A DNA stretch of 64,000 nt from Spirochaetota bacterium (GTDB lineage: Bacteria; Spirochaetota; UBA4802; UBA5550). A model generated the notes under the pieces. The model was given only the letters and a program-made list of their open reading frames with translations, was not told the DNA's origin and searched no databases. Shown one piece after another: positions 31,416 through 39,685 of the stretch. The DNA is taken from contig OY760686.1 of assembly GCA_963663865.1 (NCBI GenBank), positions 3,072,001 to 3,136,000 of the forward strand. The letters are read 5' to 3'. Position 1 is the stretch's first letter. Every line of letters begins with the position of its first letter. Position numbers and translations under genes: made by a program.

Positions 31416-31568
31416 GATTCCACCTTTGACAGGGCTGTTTCCAGCCGGGAAAGATTTATTTTACCGGGTAGACAGTCTGCTGCAGTTTTTTTTAATTTAC
31501 TGATATGTCAATAATCATTTACAGCAGGTCATAACTTCAGGCAAATTTTCTGCCGAGACATCAATATG

Positions 31569-31597
31569 TTGACAAAATAGCGGTCTTTTATTAAATT
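31569..31597 (+). promoter_or_regulatory. sigma70 promoter of ssrA
   Basis: TTGACA-N17-TAAATT, 9 nt upstream of the tmRNA 5' end. Confidence 0.75.
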
Positions 31598-31606
31598 GTA
31601 TGTGCA

Positions 31607-31956
31607 GGGGACGATTTTGGTTTCGACTGCAATTGCTGGTCTTCAGTGGCATGCCGAGTATCCTGTCTTCTCGTAAAAAATGGCAGGAATGATTTAACTG
31701 CAAACGACAACTTTGCACTAGCGGCTTAATCCCCGCTACGTCTCCGAAGGCTCCTGTCCTCTGGGATCTTCACGAGGCGTCATAATCAGAGGATAGCCAA
31801 TGAACAGTCTCCCGGGTTCAGAGGTGAAATTTAAGGGAGAACGGCATGCAGGACGGTGCCTTTCCCGGCCCGCATACTGTAACAAAAGAACAGGCTAAGC
31901 ATGTAGAAGCTGTGGATTTGGATTGTAGGACGCGGGTTCGACTCCCGCCGTCTCCA
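31607..31956 (+). ncRNA. ssrA: Transfer-messenger RNA (tmRNA); tag peptide ANDNFALAA
   Basis: 5' GGGGACG...GGTTTCGAC; 3' GCGGGTTCGACTCCCGC-CGTCTCCA (T-arm and acceptor stem with G-U pair, CCA not encoded); tag ORF gca aac gac aac ttt gca cta gcg gct taa at 31700-31729. Confidence 0.97.
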
Positions 31957-31968
31957 AGACTTAACTCC

Positions 31969-32610
31969 CTATTCCTCAAGAAATCCGGCTATATCCATAG
32001 TATCGGCAAACCTTCCGCCAACACGGCTAAGCAGGATTTTTTTTACTGAATCAGGAATGATTTCCTGGACATCCCTTGTTTCATTTTGTCTGTCCATGTA
32101 GATAATGTTGAGCTCAGAGTCAACTGCTACAAACATGCTGTACATATCAATGTATTGAAGTTCGGGAGAATAGAAACCGTCCACCTCATAGATGACAAGA
32201 GCGTCGAGACCGCTGTCTGCCATGACTTTCATAAGAGCTTCGCGGTTCATTCTTAAAAAAAGATTAATAACACCTGTTGTTTTAAATTTCAAAAAGGATT
32301 TATTCTCAGAGTACTGGCAGAATTTTCCAAAAACAGCGTCGTACGAATAAACCGCTTCGGTCAGATTTTTGTCCTCAAGAAAGACAAAGGGCCTGCTCTC
32401 GCGGTATGCTCCCGCCCACTTCTGAAGCGAAAGCATTAGCTCCTCGCGCGGAAGCATTGTGCTTGCGGGGGTTCTCAATATTACACCGGCCTTGCTCACT
32501 GAAGAGAGCTTTGCCGAATCAGACAGCTCCTTCTTCACCCCGTAAGACGAACAACCGGCAGCAACCGAGAAAAGCACCGATACTATAAATAATCGAAATA
32601 ATGTTTTCAT
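31969..32610 (-). CDS. Hypothetical lipoprotein
   Basis: Signal peptide with lipobox AAGC; 213-aa ORF. Confidence 0.8.
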   Translation of the reverse strand: MKTLFRLFIVSVLFSVAAGCSSYGVKKELSDSAKLSSVSKAGVILRTPASTMLPREELMLSLQKWAGAYRESRPFVFLEDKNLTEAVYSYDAVFGKFCQYSENKSFLKFKTTGVINLFLRMNREALMKVMADSGLDALVIYEVDGFYSPELQYIDMYSMFVAVDSELNIIYMDRQNETRDVQEIIPDSVKKILLSRVGGRFADTMDIAGFLEE

Positions 32611-32629
32611 TGTTTATTCCCTCTAATTT

Positions 32630-33430
32630 TCAATCAAGGAGGCCGAACACCTGTGGCGCTGCGTCCGTAAGGGCCCATGCGACAGGCTCACTGGAAACAC
32701 CGCCGTAATAATCGACCATGTTAAAATGCCCGAGCCAGGTTAAAAGATAAAAATCGATAAATGACGCAAAGAACAGGTCATTTTTTCTTGCAACGCCAGT
32801 CAACTCACTGAAATCGTTAGCTACCTCCTGAACCTGCGCTTTTTTTCTTCTGAGAAGCACATCCCTGAATATTGAGCGGTCCCGCTGCAGAAGTTCAGCC
32901 AGCTCATGGTCTGAAGGGAACAGCTCTTTCCATTCAACATCATTCCAGAAGGTTCTCATCAGTCTGCAATAGAGCAGACGCCGGTCGCCTTCAACACCGG
33001 AAACCTTCACTCGCCCCTTCGATTTCTCAATCAGGCCGCAGACCTTCATTATCATTGCCATCTGCCTGAGATATATATCGGCGAGGCAATGGTCGATTTT
33101 TTCATGAGAAGAACACTGGCTGATAAAACTGTCGGCTGAAATACTGTAGTATTCATCCGGCAGAAGACATCCCCTGTCATGCGAACACTCCCTGCCGTCA
33201 GCAGTTGCCGCAATAAAACTACAGAGCCTTACGGCCAAGCAGTTCTCCGCTTCCGCCGGAGCCGAGTCCCGGTCTGAAACGATATAGGCGTGGTAGGAGG
33301 AAGCTGCGTCAAAACGCTCCATCACTGACGGCACAGCCGACTGCGACGGATAACAGGCAGAAAAATCCACTCCCGCGGTAAAAAAAGACATTTTTTTTCT
33401 TTTTGCTGTGATGTAGCCGTTATCTGACAT
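32630..33430 (-). CDS. Hypothetical protein
   Basis: 266-aa ORF with GAAGG RBS; no recognised motif. Confidence 0.65.
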   Translation of the reverse strand: MSDNGYITAKRKKMSFFTAGVDFSACYPSQSAVPSVMERFDAASSYHAYIVSDRDSAPAEAENCLAVRLCSFIAATADGRECSHDRGCLLPDEYYSISADSFISQCSSHEKIDHCLADIYLRQMAMIMKVCGLIEKSKGRVKVSGVEGDRRLLYCRLMRTFWNDVEWKELFPSDHELAELLQRDRSIFRDVLLRRKKAQVQEVANDFSELTGVARKNDLFFASFIDFYLLTWLGHFNMVDYYGGVSSEPVAWALTDAAPQVFGLLD

Positions 33431-33653
33431 TCAACCTTCCGCCGTTAAAAACCGAACATAATTATACAATGCGACAGGGAAGCGTCCGCCCTGCTATCGT
33501 GCAAGTCTGAAGCTTTCGCAACACTATACGAATTAATTAATTTAGTAAATTAATTTTTTATTTCTGACAAAATAATTTGCATATTTACTATTAATCCTAT
33601 TAATTCGATTACCATTAAACTTCCGGCGCTGCCTTTCCACTGCTGTGGATTAA

Positions 33654-33719
33654 TAAAAAAAATTCAGACATCCCTAACAGCCTTGATCGCATGCGGTACA
33701 GGCTGAACGATATCTGAAT
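33654..33719 (-). terminator. Long hairpin followed by U-tract downstream of the flagellin-like gene
   Basis: Minus strand ATTCAGATAT...CAGCCT...AGGCTG...ATGTCTGAAT followed by a T run. Confidence 0.5.
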
Positions 33720-33802
33720 CCGATTTACTTCAAACAGTACTATCACTGCACGTCTTAACTGTCTTGTTGATCAACGCCTATGAGTCAACCAAATTTCTCC
33801 GC

Positions 33803-34510
33803 TTAACCCAACAATGCTGAAACCGCATCTCGCTGTATGTTCCCCTGCGTGGCAAGTGCGTTTGCAGGTGAACCGCCGATTGCAGCGCCTACAGCAGAAG
33901 CGGCCTCATAGGGGTTCTCAACATCTACGTTATAGGTCTCAACAGCTGAGGTCATAACAGCGGCCGCCTCTCCAGCCGCTGCCTCATAGGCGGAGTAGGT
34001 ATCACCCAGACTGGACTCCAGATCAGCAAAAAACTCCGGGTTTGGCCTTTCGCCTGCCGCAAGTCCCGATGCCCCGAAACGCAGCGACACAATGGCTGCT
34101 TCAGGTGAAGGTATATCGAAGCTCACCGATGCTGCCGCCGGCGACAAAGCAGGTATAACTATGGAGGTTCTTAACTCCGGAAGGTTCTCGGGAAGCTGGC
34201 TCGACGCCTCAGCAACCGCAGCAGAATCAAGCCTGCCCGTTCTTACAGCGTCAGCGGCTGCATTCTTCAGCTGTGAAGAAACCACTATAGCCCTCTGTAC
34301 AATGCTCATGGAGGCCTGCGCGACACTGAGCGCCTCGCCTAAAGCCCTCTCAACAGAAAGCCTTGAAAGGATTGCCTGATTATAATCCCGCCCATTACCA
34401 GCCGAATCAGGCCCGACTGCAGCTGAAGCCGCGCTGGAACGTACAGGAGTTCTCGGACTGTTCAAAGCCCTCCGGGCAGAAACATCGCCAATATCCGTAT
34501 TGATCTTCAT
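33803..34510 (-). CDS. Short, divergent flagellin-like protein
   Basis: N-terminal MKINTDI.DVSARRALN and ALSVAQ..., C-terminal ALATQGNIQRDAVSALLG resemble flagellin terminal motifs; only 235 aa. Confidence 0.55.
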   Translation of the reverse strand: MKINTDIGDVSARRALNSPRTPVRSSAASAAVGPDSAGNGRDYNQAILSRLSVERALGEALSVAQASMSIVQRAIVVSSQLKNAAADAVRTGRLDSAAVAEASSQLPENLPELRTSIVIPALSPAAASVSFDIPSPEAAIVSLRFGASGLAAGERPNPEFFADLESSLGDTYSAYEAAAGEAAAVMTSAVETYNVDVENPYEAASAVGAAIGGSPANALATQGNIQRDAVSALLG

Positions 34511-34533
34511 GTTACCCTCCCTGTGCCCGTAAT

Positions 34534-34562
34534 AATAATAAGAACTGAAAATGCCAATGTCA
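34534..34562 (-). promoter_or_regulatory. sigma70-type promoter of the flagellin-like gene
   Basis: Minus strand TTGACA-N17-TATTAT followed by a GGAGG RBS; coordinates approximate. Confidence 0.6.
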
Positions 34563-34590
34563 AACTGAAATTTTCAGCTTTTTCGATTGC

Positions 34591-36171
34591 TCAGAAATTA
34601 CAGCTTGCGCCGGCGTCAAAACGCCTGTCGTAAACACCTTTGCTGCTGTAAACCAGCTCTGCCCTGAGATTGCATGACAGAGAAGAATTGGCTTCGAGCA
34701 CTATAAGGATTGCATTGATATTAAGAGCTTTTCTGAACATGCTTCCAGTGCTGACTGACCCGGCAAAGGGCGCCGGATTGAGAAATACAGGGTTATGGGC
34801 AGATGCTTCGACTCTGATATAGTCAAACCTCATTCGGACAAGCTCCGGTTCCGTCCACTTGAGCGCGCACCCTGCTGACCAGGCTGCCTCCGCCCCTCTC
34901 CTCTTCTGAAGGGATGAGCTCATTAACACGGACAGCCCCCGGCGGAAAAGCGCCGATCCTGAGAGCTTGAACTGATGTGAGACTGCCAGCCCATCCCCGT
35001 CAGTCACCAGGTGAACATATTTCATCTTCGCTGAAAATGATTCAGATTTGCGCTCAAGGAATGCCTCTTCCCGATGAGCAGAACGCAGATATGCTGATTG
35101 CCCTGATGCGGAATTGTTTACTTCAGCTGAAGAACTCAGCCCGGCATTGAGTTTTCTCGAAAGCTTAAGAAGCAATGCCCCTTCATATCTCGCTGAGGGG
35201 GCGCCCGGATCGCTGCTGACGGGAGCGAAAAAGCCCTGCCTCATCCCTTCACCAGAGACGGACAACGTATAAAAGCCCGGGCTGATTACAAGTCCCCCGG
35301 AAAACCCCAGGCTGTCCGAGCGTCCGGCGGCGCCTGACTCCTGCAGACGAAAGGCACATCCGGCCTCAAACCATGCGGTAAATGTTTTGTCGCTGTACCC
35401 GGCAAAGAGGCTTTCTCCTCCATAGCCCCAGTGAGCAGCGCTGCCGTCTCCGCTCCCGACTTGCATTTTTCTCATCGTGTAATCGAAAACGCCTCCTCTC
35501 AGAAAGCACAGCTGAATAGAAAAGTTTTTTAAATACAACAGGGCCAGAACTATACCTGAGTCCAACAGCATGACCGGCTCAGTGTACTTTTCTGAGGGAT
35601 TAAGCTTCGTATTGATACCCGATATTGATACGGTGGTACGCCCGCTGTCAAAGTCACCGCCGGGGAAATAGCGCCTCCTGCATGAAATAAATGGGTACAG
35701 GGCTATTCTGTTCTCATCTGTCCCGAACGAGATCCCGGCGGCAGCCCCGGCCATCAAATAGAGAGGATTAGCGGTGGCCGGGGCTGCGATCACTGCAGAG
35801 CGGCCCGCCCTCCTGCGGGGCGAAAAAGCGTCAGCGCTGAAAAAGCTGCGTTTCCCGAGGATGAGCCCTGTTCCGGAGGAAACCGTGTATCCGCCAAGAG
35901 CGATCTCAAAGCCGGGCAGCGCATCCCCCAGATAGAGGCTCCCCGCCCATGTCCTGTCAGCTTCTGAAGGGACATCGGCATAACCCGCGCTGAAATGCGA
36001 ATCCTCCGATAGATTGAGCTTTACCAGAGACCTGAAATACTCCTTCTCTGACGCATCGTAATCTACATAGTCTCTCCTGAACTCCGTTTTAATGAGATAC
36101 TCGGGATACCGCTCAGCCTCAGCACCTGCGGCTGCCAGAATAAGCGCTGCTGTTACAGATAGGAGGAACAC
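34591..36171 (-). CDS. Putative outer-membrane beta-barrel protein
   Basis: Signal peptide, alternating amphipathic strands, LGGYTVSSGTGLILG motif, C-terminal Phe. Confidence 0.65.
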   Translation of the reverse strand: MFLLSVTAALILAAAGAEAERYPEYLIKTEFRRDYVDYDASEKEYFRSLVKLNLSEDSHFSAGYADVPSEADRTWAGSLYLGDALPGFEIALGGYTVSSGTGLILGKRSFFSADAFSPRRRAGRSAVIAAPATANPLYLMAGAAAGISFGTDENRIALYPFISCRRRYFPGGDFDSGRTTVSISGINTKLNPSEKYTEPVMLLDSGIVLALLYLKNFSIQLCFLRGGVFDYTMRKMQVGSGDGSAAHWGYGGESLFAGYSDKTFTAWFEAGCAFRLQESGAAGRSDSLGFSGGLVISPGFYTLSVSGEGMRQGFFAPVSSDPGAPSARYEGALLLKLSRKLNAGLSSSAEVNNSASGQSAYLRSAHREEAFLERKSESFSAKMKYVHLVTDGDGLAVSHQFKLSGSALFRRGLSVLMSSSLQKRRGAEAAWSAGCALKWTEPELVRMRFDYIRVEASAHNPVFLNPAPFAGSVSTGSMFRKALNINAILIVLEANSSLSCNLRAELVYSSKGVYDRRFDAGASCNF

Positions 36172-37436
36172 AGATTTAACACCTTCTCCTTGACAGCTCC
36201 TTTGAGCCCGAGCTCATTCAGGCCGTTCCTCCTCTGCACCCGGGTTTTCCTCTGAAGTATATCAATAACCTCAAGCGCGTTGACAGGGTTAAGCCCGGCA
36301 TTGAGCAGACCGGAAAAGAGCGAGCTCTTCTGATGCCCTGTCATCTCGCTTCGCCCGCTTTTTCTAAAGCTGCGACGCTTTTCACGCTCCGGCTTACGCT
36401 CCTTCTCAAAACCATAAGCATGGTTATAGAGAACGCCGATATCCCCCCCGTCCATGCCAAGCTGAATGAGAGCATCTTCACTGACAGGGCCTATCAGCCG
36501 CCTGTATTTGATTAGCCTCTCCCTGAAAAGCACCGGAACCGCTTCCATCCCCATTATCTCTTCATCGGAGCATGTCCGTATATCAACCTTCCGGGGCAGC
36601 TCTGCGTCCAGCTCTGTATTGAGCCCTGAATAGCTTAGTGAATCAAAGCTCCCGCCGCCGAAGCGGAGTGAAACACCGGCCGTATGCGTGCTTCCAAGAT
36701 AGGGGTGCCTGAGCAGTGAATATGTAAAGGAAAGACTCGAGACGTTAACCTCAACTCCCAGGCCGTAGGACAATGTCTCCCTGGAATATCCGGCCCTGAG
36801 CAGTATGTACTGCTGAATACGTACTGAGACTGTAAAGGTGTTGATATAGCCGTAAGCTGACGATGTGATGTTATACGAGGCGGCGAGGCCCTTAACCGGA
36901 ACAAATGACGCGCCCGCGCTCCATTCCGGGGAGAGCAGAGAGCTTCCCTGGAAGGAACGAATGTTCTCACATGCCCCGGCAAGCACCAGCCTTCTTGACA
37001 GCGGGATATTGACGTAAGCGCTCAGGTCAGCCTCTCCCTCCAGGCCTCCATCCTCAAATTTCACCCAGGAATACCCCGCGCTTAGCCCGGCCGCCAAAAA
37101 ACCGGCCGGCCGGAATCCCGCGCCGATGGAAATCTCATTTTCACGGTACCCTTCGGCTCCGAAGTTTTCCCACGAAAACAGAAAACCCGCTCCGGAAACC
37201 GGAAAGAGCGCCTGCATGTTTCCGCATAAAAGCCCTGTGCCGGTGTAAGGGCGCCCCCCTGCCATGCTGATGCGGGGCCCGGGCAGTCCCGCGCTGTACG
37301 AGGTATTGAGCACCGCTGATCCCGAGAATCCCTCTGAGGCGGCTACGGTATACGGGAACATGCCTTCAAAACAGGCAGGCCTGTACTCAAAGGCCGTCAC
37401 GAGTGCGGCCGCCAGAACAAGCATGGAGACACTCAT
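36153..37436 (-). CDS. PorV/PorQ(FadL)-like beta-barrel fused to ComEA-like helix-hairpin-helix domain
   Basis: Signal peptide; barrel strands ending HPYLGSTHTAGVSLRF; then KVDIRTCSDEEIMGM...RLIKYRRLIGP (HhH-like). ATG at 37436 overlaps the upstream stop (ATGA). Confidence 0.6.
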   Translation of the reverse strand: MSVSMLVLAAALVTAFEYRPACFEGMFPYTVAASEGFSGSAVLNTSYSAGLPGPRISMAGGRPYTGTGLLCGNMQALFPVSGAGFLFSWENFGAEGYRENEISIGAGFRPAGFLAAGLSAGYSWVKFEDGGLEGEADLSAYVNIPLSRRLVLAGACENIRSFQGSSLLSPEWSAGASFVPVKGLAASYNITSSAYGYINTFTVSVRIQQYILLRAGYSRETLSYGLGVEVNVSSLSFTYSLLRHPYLGSTHTAGVSLRFGGGSFDSLSYSGLNTELDAELPRKVDIRTCSDEEIMGMEAVPVLFRERLIKYRRLIGPVSEDALIQLGMDGGDIGVLYNHAYGFEKERKPEREKRRSFRKSGRSEMTGHQKSSLFSGLLNAGLNPVNALEVIDILQRKTRVQRRNGLNELGLKGAVKEKVLNLCSSYL

Positions 37437-38446
37437 CTTTTCCGCCCGAGTACGATGAGAAACTTCTTCCTCTGGGCCCTTTTCCGCTCCCGGGATACAG
37501 CCTCTACCAGCACGGGATATATCCCGGCCGGCAGGGTCGCCACCGAAGGGCTCTCCCAGTAGAGACTGAAATATCCGGGGGCAATATCCCTGGCAAGGTC
37601 CGTGGAATAGAGCATCACTCCAGTCGATGAAAACACCCTCAATCTGAGGCTGCATTCCTCATTCACGAAGAGAGGCACCTCGACAGATGCGGTTGCCGCG
37701 TCCCTTCGCACGTTGATTCTGCCTTTTCTAAGCTTAAAAACATCTCCAGCTGGTTCTCCGGAGCTGATTATGTTTTCCCTGCCCGGTGTCTGAAACCTGG
37801 TTACGGCAAAATCAGCAGAGCTGTTGCAATCGGGAACCGGCAGGCGTGAAACAGAAAAGTGCCCCTTCAGGCCGTTAGCCCCTATATCAATGCTGCTCTT
37901 CTGGACATCATCCGCTGCAGTCCATTGACCCGCGGCCGAGGCGCAGCGGATATAGCCTGTAACTGCTTTATTGGGAGTTCCGTCCATGTTTGAATACGCC
38001 GCAAAATCAATGATTCCGCCGTTTTCCGGATCGTCATCAGTATCTATAGAAACAACACCTTCCGAATTCCATAGAGCAGCAGAGTAGTTGGAACAGCTGA
38101 CTTCCAGAATACCGTTTCCATTAATGTCGCCGCTCAGATCCGATTCAGTCGCTGAGGCGCCCTCGTGCATATAAACTACTATGAACCTGTCGTCCCAGGG
38201 TGTGTCCGGGCTGTCCTCACTGCGGATAGTGACTGGTTCCAGCGACAGCCGCATATTGCTGCCGTAGTAGCAGGTCACGAAGAGCGGAGAAACATCCATG
38301 CTCTCCCCCGGCCCGCCGGAAAAGCAAAGTTCAACCCAGTCGTTTTCCGTATTTGTTACGAACTCGTTGATTGACAGACCCGCCAGCGCTTCTTCACTGA
38401 AACAGACACACAGGACAAGGGCGATAAGGAGCAGTTTTGTTTTCAT
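37433..38446 (-). CDS. Secreted lamin-tail-domain protein with C-terminal FlgD-Ig / T9SS-CTD-like domain
   Basis: Signal peptide, LSINEF...DWVEL and TPGREN (LTD), C-terminal LRVFSSTG..YW....LPAGIY.VLV....KKFLIVL. Confidence 0.7.
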   Translation of the reverse strand: MKTKLLLIALVLCVCFSEEALAGLSINEFVTNTENDWVELCFSGGPGESMDVSPLFVTCYYGSNMRLSLEPVTIRSEDSPDTPWDDRFIVVYMHEGASATESDLSGDINGNGILEVSCSNYSAALWNSEGVVSIDTDDDPENGGIIDFAAYSNMDGTPNKAVTGYIRCASAAGQWTAADDVQKSSIDIGANGLKGHFSVSRLPVPDCNSSADFAVTRFQTPGRENIISSGEPAGDVFKLRKGRINVRRDAATASVEVPLFVNEECSLRLRVFSSTGVMLYSTDLARDIAPGYFSLYWESPSVATLPAGIYPVLVEAVSRERKRAQRKKFLIVLGRKR

Positions 38447-38533
38447 GACGCCTCCGTCAGTTAAACGGCCGGCGGAAGGCAGGAATAAAATTTAAAAAAA
38501 TAACTCGACATACTTCATGCCGGGTTTCTTCTG

Positions 38534-39682
38534 GTGCAAACGCCTAAAAAGTGTAATGGGATGAGCGGAAAGACAAAGACATTCATGGGTTCGAAGATTA
38601 GTCCGAGATATCTCGGCGCATTTGCTTCAGGAATCAGGGATATTATCGCGTCGTCAGACGACCGAAACCAGGCCCTGGCCCGCGTGTCCTCAGTCTCAGT
38701 TGAGGCCTTCGGACGCGAAATCAGCCCCACAGTTCTTGAAAAGCCGGACAGGCTTTCCATATCGTTCCTTGAACTGCTTGACCAGATCGTTTTTGAGATC
38801 AACGAAAATCAAAGCGATTCCGAAACAATAAAGGACTACATCGCCGAGAACCTCTTCAAAAGAGTGACTATCTTCAGCGAAGCGATGACGGAAATCTCCG
38901 CTTACAGCAGGAGCCTGCAGTCCAGGCCGCTCAGCGTTGATGACACCCTCATAATATCACACTTCCGAATGAATGAATTTGTGCCGGAGCTGATTAACGA
39001 GTTTGCCGAAAACCCCGCGCTTCAGAAACACATTCTCAGAGCGCTGCTCCGTTTTAATCCTGATGAAACTGTATCCTTCATGTCAGAAATAGCCTCAGGA
39101 CCCTACTGCCCTGAGGCCCGGGCGACCGCGCTTGCTTCGCTGAAAAAGTCCTCCGCTGGAACGGAGATTCTCGCGTCCCTCGAAGAAAACGGGAAGTCCT
39201 CGCTGCTCCGTTACGCTTCCCTTTTTAATGCCGCCAATATCCCCGGGAATATAAAGCCGTACACTCCTGAAACCTGCGCGTTCGCGTCATATCTGATTGA
39301 AGCCGACAGCGCACTCATAAATGACATTCCGTCTCTCATCTGGTTTTGCGGGATTTTCGAGTCGTTCCCGGACGCGCCGGGAAACAGCGAGAACCCGAAA
39401 TACTCGGGAATTTTCCGGGCCCTGACTCATGTCCTCGTTGAGCTTCCCCGAACGCTCCTCAAGGACGCAGTCAAGTCAGACATCGCGCTAACCGCGCTCA
39501 CCTCCTTTATTGACTCGCTTCCGAGATCAGTATTCAGCAGAATAGCCGTAGCCCTTGACCCGCTGGGCAGCTCCTTTCATGACCCGGTAGGCGCTCTTGT
39601 CGAAAGCGGCAAAATAGTTTTGGACGGCCCGTCTTCCAACACGCTCAGCTACCTCATGCGTGACACCGCTTCCGCTTTTTAA
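38534..39682 (+). CDS. Hypothetical alpha-helical (HEAT-like) protein
   Basis: Long Leu/Ala-rich helical ORF; start uncertain. Confidence 0.65.
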   Translation: MQTPKKCNGMSGKTKTFMGSKISPRYLGAFASGIRDIIASSDDRNQALARVSSVSVEAFGREISPTVLEKPDRLSISFLELLDQIVFEINENQSDSETIKDYIAENLFKRVTIFSEAMTEISAYSRSLQSRPLSVDDTLIISHFRMNEFVPELINEFAENPALQKHILRALLRFNPDETVSFMSEIASGPYCPEARATALASLKKSSAGTEILASLEENGKSSLLRYASLFNAANIPGNIKPYTPETCAFASYLIEADSALINDIPSLIWFCGIFESFPDAPGNSENPKYSGIFRALTHVLVELPRTLLKDAVKSDIALTALTSFIDSLPRSVFSRIAVALDPLGSSFHDPVGALVESGKIVLDGPSSNTLSYLMRDTASAF

Positions 39683-39685
39683 TTC

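Noticed and set aside
33662-33719. Hairpin considered as 6S RNA
   Set aside because: Too short, with no central bubble or closing stem for a roughly 180-nt 6S structure
37437-37655. N-terminal extension of the 500-aa ORF in the ORF track
   Set aside because: Overlaps the upstream gene; the signal peptide begins at ATG 37436
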